Shown: positions 7,224 through 15,773, numbered from the stretch's first letter. The stretch is DNA of 64,000 nucleotides from Verrucomicrobiota bacterium (GCA_039806955.1 JBDHQI010000003.1:29856-93855); one strand, 5' to 3'. Made by a program: numbers and translations. Notes: generated by a model not told the origin, from the sequence alone.

Positions 7224-8534
7224 TCAACGGCTGGAGATTTCTTCCACCATCGCCGTCCAGGTGGAGAGTTCGCGCGACCCTGCGAAACGTCGGCGCAAAT
7301 TTCCCTGCGCATCAATCAGCGCGTAGGTCGGAACTTCTTGCACGTTGAAGCGGAAGACGAGAGAACCGTTCGCGTCCAATAGCACCGGATGATTGATGCT
7401 CATTCGCGAGATCAGCTCCTTGAGAGCAGGCTTGTTCGCCGCGCAGTTGGCGTGGGGGTCAGCAGAGTGCGCGTGATTGTGTTGATGCTCGTGTCCAGCG
7501 CCGCAGTCGTCTTGCGGGCCGACGGCTGGGTCAAACGCGATGCCGACGACTGTCAGTCGCCGGGACTCCTGTTCCTGCAATTGCTTGAGCGTTGCCACAT
7601 CATCGAAACTTGCTGCATTGCCGACTTTCCAAAAGCAAAGCAGAACTGCCTTGCCCTGAAAGTCGGAGAGATGGACTAATCTTCCCTCCGAATCTTCGAG
7701 AGCAAAATCTTTGGCGGGCAATTTGCTGGCAATGATACGTGGCGGCGGGGACGGCTGCGGAAATTCTGCGCGATGCAGCATCCACCACTCGCGCCACTCT
7801 TGCGCGCCGTGACGGATCGCGTCGAGATTGAAAGGCGGAAGTGGGGCTTCATCTGAGCGAGTGAATTTCGGCAGCGCGTGGCTCGAACGGATTCCGAAAT
7901 CCAACCCGGTTGTCTTGCGCAACAGCAAGGCCGCTTGCACGGTCACACGCGGATCGGGATCATCGAGAAGATGAACCGCCAGCGGCACATCGTTGGAACT
8001 GGCAACGCGCTGAAGTTGCTGGAGTGCGAGCACGCGCACGGCTGGGTCGGCATCGTTCGACTGCTGTCGGAGCAAGATCATTGAGTTCGCGCTCCTGGCT
8101 TCTGCCAAAATGTTCATCGCTGGTTCGCGCACATTCAAGTCGGGATCGTTAGCCGCTTCGTTCACGATTGCTTCCATTGCGCCAGCCAGTGCCGGTTCTG
8201 TGTGAAGGCGCGTCTTGAGGTGTTCCATTACAAACTGCTGCACGGTTAGATTGCCACTCCGCCACATTCGCTCCAATGTCGGCGCTCGGTCTGACGTTCC
8301 CTCGACCAGTTCTGATAGCACCGCACCGGACGGCGCATCGGAGCGCAGAGCCAAGGTTATGACCAATTCGTGTCGCACGGGTTTCCAGCAGAGGACGACG
8401 ACTAAGGAGAAAAGCGCGAAGCCTATCAACCACCATCGGTCGCGCGGACCAATCTTCGGCCACCGTTGTCGCGAGGACTCTGAAGCGTTGGTGGGCGCTG
8501 TCGAAACAGTTTGTTTGGCTAATGGCGCTGACAT
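7224..8534 (-). CDS. membrane-anchored HEAT-repeat + thioredoxin-fold (TlpA/redoxin-like) protein lacking the CxxC, with a His-rich insertion
   Basis: 436-aa ORF with a TM (WWLIGFALFSLVVVLCW). HEAT-like DPDLNVREPAMNIL, DADPAVRVLALQQL and DPDPRVTVQAALLL. The redoxin-like C-terminus has KAVLLCFWKVGNAAS where W-C-x-x-C is expected. There is a CGAGHEHQHNHAHSADPHANC loop. Confidence 0.75.
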   Translation of the reverse strand: MSAPLAKQTVSTAPTNASESSRQRWPKIGPRDRWWLIGFALFSLVVVLCWKPVRHELVITLALRSDAPSGAVLSELVEGTSDRAPTLERMWRSGNLTVQQFVMEHLKTRLHTEPALAGAMEAIVNEAANDPDLNVREPAMNILAEARSANSMILLRQQSNDADPAVRVLALQQLQRVASSNDVPLAVHLLDDPDPRVTVQAALLLRKTTGLDFGIRSSHALPKFTRSDEAPLPPFNLDAIRHGAQEWREWWMLHRAEFPQPSPPPRIIASKLPAKDFALEDSEGRLVHLSDFQGKAVLLCFWKVGNAASFDDVATLKQLQEQESRRLTVVGIAFDPAVGPQDDCGAGHEHQHNHAHSADPHANCAANKPALKELISRMSINHPVLLDANGSLVFRFNVQEVPTYALIDAQGNLRRRFAGSRELSTWTAMVEEISSR

Positions 8535-8718
8535 ATTCCCATACCGATTCGAGCAGACGAGTTGGCGAGGCGCGGCCCATGAAACGGTTTGCTATTGCGG
8601 GCCGCGCGCTTCGCTCTTTTGTCTCAACTCATCCGCATCACTTCCTTTCCATTGGTTCGTGTTTTGTGTTTTCGGACCGATCCAAATTTGCTTCGTTCGC
8701 TTCAGGTTCGCGGGAGCG

Positions 8719-9294
8719 TCACTCATTCAAACCCCAATGATTCACGCCTGCACCCTGCTGGATTACGCGCACGGCATCCAGGTCCTCGCCAACATACTTT
8801 GACAATTCAAAGGTGCGGGCTGGGTGATGGGGTGCGTGACCTGACAAATAGTAGTTCACAAAGCAGGCCAGACCGCTGACGCGGGCCGTCTCGCGCAAGT
8901 CGCGCTCCACAAGTGTCTGCGACGGTGTCGTCCCTGCCACAAGCGGAAGCAGAATCACGAGAGCGCCATCCGGCTGCGTGCGCCGCGTGAGCCAGTGGCA
9001 AAGCCAATCTTGCACCGGACGCGGCAGCATGTGTGGATTGCTCGGGCAACAAAATACGACGTCAGCCTCGGCGGCGATGCCCACAGCACGGGCAAAAAGA
9101 CTCCGCTCCGTCAGTGCGTCGAAGCGCCACCAGAAATCACGGAATTCAAATTCCACAGTCAAACTGCGGATCACGCCGAGATACACTTCCTTCGCCGCGC
9201 GGAAGGCCGCATCGTCATCGTATGCCAGTGCCACGGTGATTGGTAAATCGTCCTTTGGTTTGCAGGTCGCGGCGATGGATTTCGGAAGCATCAT
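8719..9294 (-). CDS. hypothetical cytoplasmic protein
   Basis: 191-aa ORF with balanced composition, co-oriented within the operon. It ends ..GVNHWGLNE. No family recognised. Confidence 0.5.
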   Translation of the reverse strand: MMLPKSIAATCKPKDDLPITVALAYDDDAAFRAAKEVYLGVIRSLTVEFEFRDFWWRFDALTERSLFARAVGIAAEADVVFCCPSNPHMLPRPVQDWLCHWLTRRTQPDGALVILLPLVAGTTPSQTLVERDLRETARVSGLACFVNYYLSGHAPHHPARTFELSKYVGEDLDAVRVIQQGAGVNHWGLNE

Positions 9295-9334
9295 AATTTG
9301 TTACGCACCAAGCGGACGAATCCCTCTCACCCAA

Positions 9335-10105
9335 TCAATTCTTGAGAAGACTGTGAACGATGATGAACGCGCCCAAAAGCAGAAGGCCAGTGGCGAGCAC
9401 GCGCGTAAGCCAGAGGCCGGACAGCCGGGCGGCCAGCCACGTGCCCGGCCACAGGCCAATCATTCCACCGAGCGTGAACAGGCCGGTCGTTTCCCAAGAC
9501 ACCCGTTGACCTGTGAGAAAATGAGCGCCGGTCGCTGCTGCGCTGACGAGTGCCACGCTGAACATGGCAGTCGCGATGGCGCGATGAATCTCCACGCGAC
9601 TGATGAGCACCAATCCGGGAACGAGAATGAATCCGCCGCCCACGCCAAGCAGTCCCGACAGCACGCCCGTGCCGAACCCAAGCGACGCCAGCCGGAAAAA
9701 TTGATGTGTCCTTGCGCCGGAGTTTTCACCCGTTGGACCGGATGGATTCTGCGTGCCGTTGGATGGTTGAAGCCATAATCGAATCGCAACGATCAACACG
9801 AGCGCGGCAAATACCAGCAGCAGCCAGCGTTCAGGCAGGTGTCGGCCAATCAACGCACCCACGGGCGCGCCCGCTAACCCGCCGAAGGCAAGCTGCCAGC
9901 CCAGGCGTTTATCAATTCCACGGCCGCGTGTGGTCTGAATCGCACGCACTCCCGCCATCGCACCCACCGCAATCATCGAAGTGCAAACCGCCGCGTGCGG
10001 GCGCAGATGCAGGGCATACACCAGCAATGGCACGGCGAGGGTTGATCCGCCGTTGCCGGTCAACCCAAACAAGACTCCTACAATCAAACCGAGAATCAGT
10101 GTCAT
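9335..10105 (-). CDS. TSUP (TauE/SafE) family anion-exporter-type permease
   Basis: 256-aa polytopic membrane ORF. It has the duplicated 4-TM pattern with GxxGGG-type motifs (FGLTGNGGSTLAVPLL; GLLGVGGGFILVP). Confidence 0.85.
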   Translation of the reverse strand: MTLILGLIVGVLFGLTGNGGSTLAVPLLVYALHLRPHAAVCTSMIAVGAMAGVRAIQTTRGRGIDKRLGWQLAFGGLAGAPVGALIGRHLPERWLLLVFAALVLIVAIRLWLQPSNGTQNPSGPTGENSGARTHQFFRLASLGFGTGVLSGLLGVGGGFILVPGLVLISRVEIHRAIATAMFSVALVSAAATGAHFLTGQRVSWETTGLFTLGGMIGLWPGTWLAARLSGLWLTRVLATGLLLLGAFIIVHSLLKN

Positions 10106-10166
10106 CGCGGGTCATTGCGGTTCTCGCGCGGGTGAAGTGCGACTCATGCGCCGACGTTTCACCCGT

Positions 10167-10628
10167 TTAAGAGACCGCGAACAGATGTAAGCCATCAACT
10201 GGTTCGTTGCGATGCGGCTTCCCGCCGATGAGCGCGGCCAGTTGATCCGAATTCACCGGCTTTTCGAGAAACGCCATTGCACCCAAGCGGCGCGCGGCCT
10301 CGCGGCGCTCCGCGTTGCTGGTGGCGCTCATCAAAATGACTGGCAGTTCCGGCCAGCGAAGGCGGATGAACTGGAGCAAATCAAAGCCGTTCATCACGGG
10401 CATCTCGACATCACTGATGACTATCCCGACCGGTTGTTCGGCGAGCTGGTGGATGGCGTCTTCGCCGTCAAAGGCCACGATGACCTCAAATCCTATGCGG
10501 CGCACGAGTGATTCGACCCAGCGGGCAGTTATCGGATTGTCGTCCACGACAAGAATCGGTTTTGTTTCTGCATCCATACCTGGTGATACGCCGGTTTGCC
10601 TGCCAACCCTCGCGGCGTTGGCGGTCAT
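10167..10628 (-). CDS. single-domain response regulator (CheY-like receiver)
   Basis: ILVVDDNP...VISDVEMPVMNGFDLL...PVILMSA receiver signature with no output domain. An alternative start is ATG 10577. Confidence 0.85.
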   Translation of the reverse strand: MTANAARVGRQTGVSPGMDAETKPILVVDDNPITARWVESLVRRIGFEVIVAFDGEDAIHQLAEQPVGIVISDVEMPVMNGFDLLQFIRLRWPELPVILMSATSNAERREAARRLGAMAFLEKPVNSDQLAALIGGKPHRNEPVDGLHLFAVS

Positions 10629-10631
10629 TCG

Positions 10632-10976
10632 TCACAACGCCTTCTCGCCTTCCTCGCCCGAACGAATGTTGATGGCGCGTTCGATGTTCAGAACAAAGAT
10701 TCTCCCGTCACCTTTTTCGCCGGTGTAGAACGGCTCGCGCAGCACGCCCACAAAACGATCCACGTCGGCGTCGCCACACACGATCTCGATCTTGGCTATC
10801 TTGGAGTATTTCTCCCAATACTGTTTGAACATCTTCAGACGGAACTGTTCGGCGTCGGCGAAAGCGCCGATGGCGATGACGTGAGAGACAGCCACATCAG
10901 TCGCGCCCTCCTCGGTCAAGCGCCCCAACACATGCTCCAGAAAGTTCTCACCGACGTAGGCTTTGATTTCTTTCAT
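10632..10976 (-). CDS. P-II (GlnB-like) family protein with divergent T-loop
   Basis: 114 aa. MKEIKAYV.. N-terminus and a C-terminal TGEKGDGRIFVLNIERAINIRSGEEGEKAL typical of P-II. The T-loop region (AFADAEQFRLKMFKQYWEKY) is atypical. Confidence 0.8.
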   Translation of the reverse strand: MKEIKAYVGENFLEHVLGRLTEEGATDVAVSHVIAIGAFADAEQFRLKMFKQYWEKYSKIAKIEIVCGDADVDRFVGVLREPFYTGEKGDGRIFVLNIERAINIRSGEEGEKAL

Positions 10977-11023
10977 TGGAGCAGATGCTGTGGGTTCGGG
11001 TCGTCCGATCTACTTGCGCCAAT

Positions 11024-11464
11024 CTACTTGGGCGACATTCCCTCGGTGGGCGGCGCTCCCCGATGCGTGGCGCAGCAAAACACAGAGTCGCTCCCACACG
11101 CGTCGCATGTATGCTCGACCTGTTCCTTCGCGCCAAAACCCCGGCCCGTCACGGTGATCGTGGATTTGCAACCCGGACAATAATGCCGATGCTCGAACGG
11201 CGTGAAGAATCGGTTTCGTGGCCGGTTCACGTCGGCGAACAGGACGGTCTTGCATTTGGCGCACGCCATCGCGACGGCGTCGCCTTTTTTGAGATTCAGT
11301 TCGTCACCGGTGTTCTTGACGTGATACAGCGGAATGAATTTGCGTTCTTCATAAACACGCGTGGTTGATTTGCCTCCCGATGACGCGCAACCTGTGACCG
11401 CCAATCCCACCGTGAGGAGTGCCGCCCAAGCGGCGAGATGCTTAAAGTGCCGTGTGATCTTCAT
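11024..11464 (-). CDS. 8-Cys periplasmic lipoprotein (paralogue of 14656-15117 and 5259-5729)
   Basis: Start moved to ATG 11464 (MKITRHFKHLAAWAALLTVGLAVTGC). Cys domain is ACAKCK..RHYCPGCKSTITVTGRGFG..EHTCDACGSDSVFCCATH..PPTEGMSPK. Confidence 0.75.
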   Translation of the reverse strand: MKITRHFKHLAAWAALLTVGLAVTGCASSGGKSTTRVYEERKFIPLYHVKNTGDELNLKKGDAVAMACAKCKTVLFADVNRPRNRFFTPFEHRHYCPGCKSTITVTGRGFGAKEQVEHTCDACGSDSVFCCATHRGAPPTEGMSPK

Positions 11465-11538
11465 GACTTTGCCTTTCTCGTAAGCCGCCACAATGCTTCG
11501 CACTGACGCATGTGACCGCTCGTTTCGCTGTCATTCCT

Positions 11539-11865
11539 TTATACGATCAACACGGAGTTCACCCCTCTACTATCGGCTGTCGCCGTCCCATTTGTCGCCG
11601 GGTTGCTGACAACCTGCCCGTCAACCACCAAGGCATAATCATAACGCCCCGGTGACAGGAACAATGCGCGCGCCCAGCGACCGCGACCTGCCGAACACAT
11701 CGGTGTGGCGGTTGGATTCCAGCCGTTGAATGTTCCCACAATGCTGACGTGATGAACGAAAGCCCGCTGGAGTTTGAACAGAACACACCGCAACTTCGGC
11801 TTGGTTGCGGTGCATCCCGTTTTCACGTGTGCTTGCAGTGATTCGTCATGTCGCGTTGCGCGCAC
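11539..11865 (-). CDS. stand-alone CBM48 / AMPK-beta GBD-like protein
   Basis: HVSIVGTFNGWNPTATPMCSAGRGRWARALFLSPGRYDYALVVDGQVVSNP. It starts 5 nt after the upstream stop. No signal peptide. Confidence 0.7.
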   Translation of the reverse strand: MRATRHDESLQAHVKTGCTATKPKLRCVLFKLQRAFVHHVSIVGTFNGWNPTATPMCSAGRGRWARALFLSPGRYDYALVVDGQVVSNPATNGTATADSRGVNSVLIV

Positions 11866-11869
11866 TGCG

Positions 11870-12478
11870 TCAGTGCATGTGCGCCGAGTGGTCTGCGTGT
11901 TCAGGTGCTCCCGAAGCGGTGGCTTTGACGAACTGGCCGCAGCGGGCCATCGCTTTGCCCATGTAGGGATTGCTCACGGTTGTTCCGGTTTGCAGCCAAC
12001 TGGCTTTTGCCATCGGGCAATGCACCTGCCGATAGATGCCGGACACAGTTGAATCCTTGGCGGCGAATTGAATGAGCGATTCACTCAACGGCTTGAACGC
12101 CTCGCGTGCGGCAACCAGGTCTTTGGCTTTGGCCACGGCTTCCGCCTGCTGTCCAATCGTCGCCGAAAAGGTATTCGCCTTGTCTTCCTTCACCGACTTG
12201 GCAATTGCCTGCGCGCTCGTTGTGATACCTTCGAGCGAATCAGCGGCCAGCGCGGTCTGAATCTGGATGTATCCGTCGAAAACCGCCGAGACCGGCTGCG
12301 GCAACTTGCCGGTGGCGGTGGTTGCCTGCGCGTTGTGCGACTCGTGCCCGGACATTTGCGAACAGCCCGGCATCGTGCTCGGGGTTTCGCCGCCGCAACA
12401 ACCGGCTTGGGCTGCAAACGCGGGCACGGCGATGAACCCAGCTACAAGGACGGAGAGAACGAATGTTTGTTTTTTCAT
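11870..12478 (-). CDS. DUF3347-like periplasmic metal-cluster protein
   Basis: Start moved to ATG 12478 (MKKQTFVLSVLVAGFIAVPAFA). N-terminal GCCGGETPSTMPGCSQMSGHESH, a helical core, then HCPMAKASWLQ...NPYMGKAMARCG and a His-rich tail (EHADHSAHMH). ATGA overlap with the upstream sigma gene. Confidence 0.7.
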   Translation of the reverse strand: MKKQTFVLSVLVAGFIAVPAFAAQAGCCGGETPSTMPGCSQMSGHESHNAQATTATGKLPQPVSAVFDGYIQIQTALAADSLEGITTSAQAIAKSVKEDKANTFSATIGQQAEAVAKAKDLVAAREAFKPLSESLIQFAAKDSTVSGIYRQVHCPMAKASWLQTGTTVSNPYMGKAMARCGQFVKATASGAPEHADHSAHMH

Positions 12479-13341
12479 GTTTTGATTTCGATTTTGTGTT
12501 GAGGTTTGAACGGACAAACGGAAATCCGGGGATGGAGAAAACGCTCGAAGTCGGCGCGCAATTGTTTGCGCGCATGATACAGTCGTGACTCGACTGCTTT
12601 GGCGGAGCAGTGCAGCAGGCCGCCAATCTCGATTTGGGAAAGCTCATCGTAGGCGAACAGGCGCACTGACTCACGCAGTTGAGGCGTCAGCGCCGCAAGC
12701 GAATCCTCCAAGCTGCGCATTTCTTCCTCGTGCTCCAATCGAACATCCGGCGCTGGCTCGCGAGCCGGAATGCGCTGTTGCGATTCCAGTTCCTCCTCGT
12801 TCAATTCCTCCAACGAAATGATCTCGGGCTGGCGAGCGCGGTGACGAAGGCGGTTGCGAGCCAGATTAAATGCGATGGTGTAAAGCCAGGTCGTGAACCT
12901 CGCCTGCAAATCAAACCGATGCCGGTGGCGATAGACCCGGATGAAAGCCTCGTCCACAACGTCCGTCGCCTCGTTCCAGTCCTTCAGCATTCGCGCAATG
13001 ACACCATGCAGACGGGCGGCATGACGTTGCATCAAACGCGTCATCGCTTCGTCTTCATCCCGGCACAGGCAGGCCATGTCAGCCGCATCCTGTCGGGCAA
13101 TCGCTTCCCGTCCGTTCGTGCTTCGGTCTGGCGTGAGACATAAATCCTTTTCAACCGTGAGCGCGCCGGATCGGCTACCGATTTGGCGGGCGTCGACTAC
13201 GAGCGTCTGTGTGGTGCGACTCCATGTCCACTTCGCTTCATGGCCGTTGGTATGCTCACTTCCGTTCGCAGGCGAAACGGACTTGCCGTTTCGGTCCAAA
13301 GTCTGGGTCGTTGTGTCAGAAGGTGAAAGAATCAGAGCCAT
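12475..13341 (-). CDS. ECF (group IV) sigma-70 factor with a long N-terminal extension or upstream leader
   Basis: Region 2 (DVVDEAFIRVYRHRHRFDLQARFTTWLYTIAFNLARNRLRH) and region 4 (FAYDELSQIEIGGLLHCSAKAVESRLYHARKQL). The alternative start MACLCRDEDEAM.. at 13077 would remove the 88-aa extension. Confidence 0.8.
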   Translation of the reverse strand: MALILSPSDTTTQTLDRNGKSVSPANGSEHTNGHEAKWTWSRTTQTLVVDARQIGSRSGALTVEKDLCLTPDRSTNGREAIARQDAADMACLCRDEDEAMTRLMQRHAARLHGVIARMLKDWNEATDVVDEAFIRVYRHRHRFDLQARFTTWLYTIAFNLARNRLRHRARQPEIISLEELNEEELESQQRIPAREPAPDVRLEHEEEMRSLEDSLAALTPQLRESVRLFAYDELSQIEIGGLLHCSAKAVESRLYHARKQLRADFERFLHPRISVCPFKPQHKIEIKT

Positions 13342-13375
13342 GAAATCGCTCCCATGTCAGACACGGCGCGCTGCG

Positions 13376-13678
13376 TCAGCCAATGGTTAGAACCGCGTTC
13401 GCTCCGCCGTGTGGGTTTGCCACGGTCTCTTTGGCGTTCGGGTCGTCCACCCAATTGCCATCCACCACGAGGCGGTATTCGTAGCGCCCCGGCGGCAGTG
13501 TGAGTTCTTTCACCCAACGACCGTTACCGAGAGCAACCATTGGCGTTGCGCCCGGTTGCCAGTCGTTGAACGAACCGGCGATGCACACGGTCTTGGCTTC
13601 GCTGCTCTGAAACTCAAACCGGCAGGCACGTTTGCCGGAAGCGGAAGTCGTTGCGGGATTTTTGTTCTTTCTGGCCAT
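13376..13678 (-). CDS. stand-alone CBM48 / AMPK-beta GBD-like protein
   Basis: Start moved to ATG 13678 (MARKNKNPATT..). CRFEFQSSEAKTVCIAGSFNDWQPGATPMVALGNGRWVKELTLPPGRYEYRLVVDGNWVDDPNA. The promoter motif at 13800-13824 supports the shorter start. Confidence 0.75.
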   Translation of the reverse strand: MARKNKNPATTSASGKRACRFEFQSSEAKTVCIAGSFNDWQPGATPMVALGNGRWVKELTLPPGRYEYRLVVDGNWVDDPNAKETVANPHGGANAVLTIG

Positions 13679-13799
13679 GCGGATTCCTTTCTTGCTCGCG
13701 GGTGAGCATTCCCCTGTGCGATGGGAACTTGAAATCCGGTGCTGGACCAGTCGCGCAGAGGAATTTTCACGAGCGTATTCATAAACTTCGTCGAACCTT

Positions 13800-13824
13800 G
13801 ATACGCCGCAGAACAACGCATCCC
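13800..13824 (-). promoter_or_regulatory. ECF-type promoter candidate GGGATG-N13-CGTATC
   Basis: Minus strand reads CAGAGGGATGCGTTGTTCTGCGGCGTATCAAGG, 122 nt upstream of start 13678. Confidence 0.5.
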
Positions 13825-13909
13825 TCTGCAAACACGGAGAAATCGTGCCGCCCGGTCGGAATGGAAAGCTCCGTCCGTTCTTGCGTGCTGCCGCATTTCG
13901 CGCGTCAAC

Positions 13910-14575
13910 CTATTCCGCCAGTAGTGGCGCGAGGCTTTCGCGGAGTTGCTGACGCGCTTTGTAGATACGCACCTCGACTGCTTTGGCGGAGCAATTTAGA
14001 ATCTCGCCGATCTCGGCGTGGGACTTCTCCTCGTATTCCGCCAGCACCAGCGGGACGCGCCACTTTTCAGGCAACGCGGCAACGGCGCGGCGCACGGTCT
14101 CCGCCCGTTCCTCCGCTTGTGTGGCTTCACTTGGCGACGGCCTGTTTTCGGGAAGCGATTCACTGAAGCTATTGCCCGTGGCTTCGTTATCCGCGTCGAG
14201 CGAAACCTGCTGATGGCGTCCGCGCCAGCGGTAACGGTCGCGCACTAGATTGCTGGCGATGGCGTAGAGCCAGGTGGAGAATCGTTTGGCCGCGTCGAAC
14301 TTCGTCCGGTTCTGATAAACACGGACGAAAGTTTCCTGCGCCAAGTCCGCCGCATCCTCCTCGTTTTGCAATGAACGAACCAAATACTGGAAGATCCGTT
14401 CCGCGTGGCGTTCCATCAAATCGTTCAACGCCGCGCCATGTCCCGACGCCAACCGCGCCATGTCGAGGCGATCCTGCTCGTCGGCATCGGCGGGTTTCGC
14501 GAACGAACTGCCCGCCTCCGTCTGCACCGACAAGGTGCTGATGCCGGGATGCGTGGTTGGCTGCTGCGAGAACAT
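13910..14575 (-). CDS. ECF sigma factor, close paralogue of 31073-31669
   Basis: [71 protein letters not shown], plus region 4 AEYEEKSHAEIGEILNCSAKAVEVRIYKARQQL. By eye it is about two-thirds identical to the sigma at 31 kb. Confidence 0.85.
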   Translation of the reverse strand: MFSQQPTTHPGISTLSVQTEAGSSFAKPADADEQDRLDMARLASGHGAALNDLMERHAERIFQYLVRSLQNEEDAADLAQETFVRVYQNRTKFDAAKRFSTWLYAIASNLVRDRYRWRGRHQQVSLDADNEATGNSFSESLPENRPSPSEATQAEERAETVRRAVAALPEKWRVPLVLAEYEEKSHAEIGEILNCSAKAVEVRIYKARQQLRESLAPLLAE

Positions 14576-14655
14576 GGCTTCAATCTATTTGCCCCCGCAT
14601 CAGGGCGGGCGGACGGACTCATGCCGTCACGCCGCGCCCCGGCGGGCAATGCGCG

Positions 14656-15117
14656 TTACTTTTTCTCCATGCCTTCGGTGGGCTTGGCGCTCTTGGTCGT
14701 AGCGCAGCAAAATGCCGAGTCATCGCCACATGCCTTGCAACTGTGCTTGAGTTCGGTGATGTCGCCTTTAGCGTGGCCGGTGACGGTGATGGTGGAATTG
14801 CAGCCGGCGCACGCGTGCGTGCCGATCAACTCCTTCGGCTGGCCGCCTTCCATCAGAAGTTGCGCGCCTTTCGTGCCCTGCTTGACGCGGGTAACCCACA
14901 CGGTTTTGCACTTACTGCACACCATCGCCATCGTGTCGTCGTCCTTGAGTGCCGCTGCGTCCTTGGTGGTTTTCACTTCCTTGAGCAGCATGAGTTGATG
15001 CTCGCCGCCTTTCATGGGCTTCATCGGCTCATCCGCGCGGGCGTTGAGCGACATGGCCAGAGCGAACGCGACGCCGAGGCCGAGGATTGTTTTGCAGACT
15101 GACTTGTTTGTTTTCAT
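14656..15117 (-). CDS. 8-Cys secreted protein (family exemplar)
   Basis: Signal peptide MKTNKSVCKTILGLGVAFALAMSLNARA. Cys domain is VCSKCKTVW..THACAGCNSTITVTGHAKG..KHSCKACGDDSAFCCATT..PTEGMEKK. Confidence 0.75.
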   Translation of the reverse strand: MKTNKSVCKTILGLGVAFALAMSLNARADEPMKPMKGGEHQLMLLKEVKTTKDAAALKDDDTMAMVCSKCKTVWVTRVKQGTKGAQLLMEGGQPKELIGTHACAGCNSTITVTGHAKGDITELKHSCKACGDDSAFCCATTKSAKPTEGMEKK

Positions 15118-15177
15118 TTTTGTTCCTTTTGGCTTTTTGTTTGTTGTTCGTTTCGGGGCGAGCCTGCGACCGCAGGC

Positions 15178-15606
15178 TCAAAGCGTTTCATCGGGTTCTT
15201 CGTCCGCCTTCAGCACTTCGTGGATGATGGTGATCAATTTCTCCGGGCCGTCCTGTTTGGGAGCAAAACCGCAAGCCCCTGCCGCGCGGGCGAGACGCTC
15301 CGTTCGACGCACGTCGAACATGGTGGTGGCCACGATGGGAAGCGCGGGAGTTTGCGCGTGGAGCAGCTTGATTAAATCCAGTCCGCTGGAAGATTTGAGC
15401 TGGATGTCGGTTAAAACGAGATCGGGTTGCAGGGACGCAATGGCTTCAATTGCTTCGCGCGCGTCCTCGGCCTCGCCGCACACGGTCAAATCGGTCTCGC
15501 GTTCCAGTGCGCCGACGATGCTTTGGCGCATCAGCGGGTGATCCTCGATGACAAAAACTCGGCGTTTCAAAATCCGCGTCGGTCGTTGAACTTTTGTGGC
15601 GTTCAC
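15178..15606 (-). CDS. single-domain response regulator (NarL-type receiver without HTH)
   Basis: VFVIEDHPLMRQ...DLVLTDIQLKSSSGLDLIK..PIVATTMF. It resembles the receiver half of 17472-18209. The start is a GTG (uncertain). Confidence 0.8.
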   Translation of the reverse strand: MNATKVQRPTRILKRRVFVIEDHPLMRQSIVGALERETDLTVCGEAEDAREAIEAIASLQPDLVLTDIQLKSSSGLDLIKLLHAQTPALPIVATTMFDVRRTERLARAAGACGFAPKQDGPEKLITIIHEVLKADEEPDETL

Positions 15607-15773
15607 GAGAGCAGATTACGTCGAGGTGGAACGCCTGCCCATTGGCGCAGAAGTCACGCTCGCGTAAAGGAGGGAGAATGCTGCGGATAAAGGAAATGCT
15701 TATGCACGAGGCGATGATGATGTCCGCTGTCCTTGCCTGCTCCTGGCGCTCGGGTTAATTTGGTTGCCTGACG

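Noticed and set aside
15615-15640. GGGCAG-N14-CGTAAT, a possible eighth copy of the ECF motif upstream of the receiver gene
   Set aside because: The spacer is 14 rather than 13 nt, the -35-like hexamer is poor, and the CGTAAT ends only 9 nt from the annotated GTG start. I did not count it.
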